Shown one piece after another: positions 26,259-27,639 of a stretch of DNA of 27,639 nt. Source of the stretch: an uncultured Rhodothermales bacterium (GTDB lineage Bacteria > Bacteroidota > Rhodothermia > Rhodothermales > VXPQ01); NCBI GenBank assembly GCA_964640145.1, contig CAZXHQ010000002.1, positions 1,660 through 29,298 of the forward strand, written 5' to 3'. Every line of letters begins with the position of its first letter. The stretch's first letter is position 1. A program made the translations under genes and the position numbers. The notes under the pieces are model-generated. The model was not told the origin of the DNA, did no database searches, and was given only the letters and a program-made list of their open reading frames with translations.

Positions 26259-27639
26259 ATGGTTACGAAAGATCCGAAGAAGCTTCTCCAGAGGCTCAAC
26301 CAGCACTGTACCCGTGCGCTGGAAGCAGCCGCCGGGTTCTGCATTTCGCGCACCCACTACGAGGTCGCTCTCGACCACCTTCTGCTGAAGCTCCTCGAAG
26401 ACGGGGCCGGCGACCTGCCGCGCATTTTCGAGCACTTCGAGGTCGACAGCGGCGAGGTGTGGGACGCGCTGCTCTCCCGTCTGGAAGAACAGCGCACCGG
26501 CAACACCGGGCGTCCGACCTTCTCCCCGCCGCTGCTCGGTCTTATCGAAGCGGCCTGGGTGGTCGCCTCCGTCCATCACGGGTATGACTGGATCCGCTCC
26601 GGACACCTGCTCGAAGCGATGCTCGAAAGTGACTCGCTCCGCATGAGCGAAGTGGCCGACGTGCTGGCGCCCGTGCAGAGCGGGGAGCTCCGGCAGCATT
26701 TCATGGACATCGTGGGGGGTTCCGTGGAAGACAAACCGGCCGTCGGGGCCGGAGCGCCGTCGGCTGCCCGCACGCCGAAGCGGGACGGGGAGACGGCCCT
26801 GGACCTCTACACGATGGACGTGACCGGCCGCGCGCGGGAGGGCGCGATCGATCCGGTCTTCGCCCGGGACAACGAGATCCGGCAAATCGTCGACGTACTG
26901 AGCCGGCGGCGGAAGAACAACCCGATTCTGGTCGGCGAGGCGGGCGTGGGCAAGACTGCAGTGGTGGAAGGCCTGGCGCTCCGGATCGCCCATGCCGACG
27001 TCCCCGATTCCCTGACAGAGGTGGAGATCCGCACGCTCGACCTCGGGCTCTTGCAGGCCGGGGCGGGCGTCAAGGGCGAATTCGAAAACCGGCTCAAGGC
27101 CGTCATTCAGGAGGTCCGCGAGGCTCCCCGGCCGACCATCCTTTTCATCGATGAAGCCCATACGCTCATCGGCGCGGGCGGCGCCGCCGGCACGAGCGAC
27201 GCCGCCAATCTGCTCAAGCCGGCCCTCGCCCGCGGCGAGCTGCGCACCATCGCGGCGACGACGTGGTCCGAATTCAAGAAGTACATCGAGAAGGATCCGG
27301 CCCTGGAGCGGCGCTTCCAGATGGTCAAGATCGACGAGCCGTCGGCAGACGACGCCGCCATCATGCTGCGGGGACTGCGTACGAAGTACGAGGACCATCA
27401 CGACGTGCAGGTCACCGCCGAAGCGGTCGAAGCCGCTGCCCGGCTCTCCGACCGCTACATCGCCGGGCGACAGCTGCCCGACAAGGCGGTCGACCTGATG
27501 GATACGGCCTCCGCCCGCGTGAAGATGACCCAGTCGGCCAAGCCCGCCGCGCTCGACGACGTGGAACGCCGCCTGCTCAATCTTACGATCAACATCGACG
27601 CGCTGAGGCGCGACCTGGAGACGGGCCTGCGCCACGACG
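26259..27639 (+). CDS. clpV: T6SS AAA+ ATPase ClpV (TssH), N-terminal part. The CDS runs off the 3' end of the window.
   Basis: The frame is open from the ATG at 26259 to the window end, with no stop. It is not in the ORF track because no stop lies in the window. It has a Clp_N-like N-domain, a Walker A box ([17 protein letters not shown]), a Walker B box ([15 protein letters not shown]) and a sensor/arginine-finger region ([15 protein letters not shown]). The coiled-coil middle domain begins at the window edge. Confidence 0.9.
   Translation, partial: MVTKDPKKLLQRLNQHCTRALEAAAGFCISRTHYEVALDHLLLKLLEDGAGDLPRIFEHFEVDSGEVWDALLSRLEEQRTGNTGRPTFSPPLLGLIEAAWVVASVHHGYDWIRSGHLLEAMLESDSLRMSEVADVLAPVQSGELRQHFMDIVGGSVEDKPAVGAGAPSAARTPKRDGETALDLYTMDVTGRAREGAIDPVFARDNEIRQIVDVLSRRRKNNPILVGEAGVGKTAVVEGLALRIAHADVPDSLTEVEIRTLDLGLLQAGAGVKGEFENRLKAVIQEVREAPRPTILFIDEAHTLIGAGGAAGTSDAANLLKPALARGELRTIAATTWSEFKKYIEKDPALERRFQMVKIDEPSADDAAIMLRGLRTKYEDHHDVQVTAEAVEAAARLSDRYIAGRQLPDKAVDLMDTASARVKMTQSAKPAALDDVERRLLNLTINIDALRRDLETGLRHD

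Noticed and set aside
26079-27635. 518-aa minus-strand ORF
   Set aside because: It is antisense to clpV. The plus frame contains Walker A and B motifs and the Clp N-domain.

Overview
High-GC (~65%) bacterial chromosomal window. Bases 1-8900 carry housekeeping and accessory genes. Bases 9606 to the window end carry a near-complete canonical type VI secretion system of the T6SSi class, with the TssJ/L/M membrane complex. The window ends inside clpV. The flanking genes are a partial acidic protein, a Tat-exported sugar-phosphate isomerase-like protein, a CaCA cation antiporter, a large Bacteroidetes-style outer-membrane beta-barrel receptor, an NfeD-flotillin pair and a convergent EamA transporter. 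The T6SS genes run fha-tssJ-tssK-tssL-tssM-tagF-tssA, then a ~490-bp low-GC gap, then tssB-tssC-hcp-tssE-tssF-tssG-clpV. All are on the + strand. The gene order inside the two blocks mirrors the two operons of the Pseudomonas H1-T6SS, but the blocks are collinear here and the ppkA/pppA/tagQRST module is missing after tagF. No vgrG, PAAR or effector/immunity genes lie in the window, so they are most likely just downstream of clpV. Other points of interest are a strong intrinsic terminator on the minus strand in the long fha-upstream intergenic region, with a possible small ORF or sRNA; structured inverted repeats in the fha leader; periodic direct repeats upstream of the antiporter and the OM receptor; and an acidic proteome with Bacteroidetes/Rhodothermaeota-like flanks. 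Those last two features suggest a salt-in halophile carrying a proteobacterial-type T6SSi. Most long ORFs in the six-frame track (antisense, Arg/Pro/Ala-rich) are GC-driven artefacts and were rejected. No rRNA, tRNA, CRISPR array or mobile element is evident.
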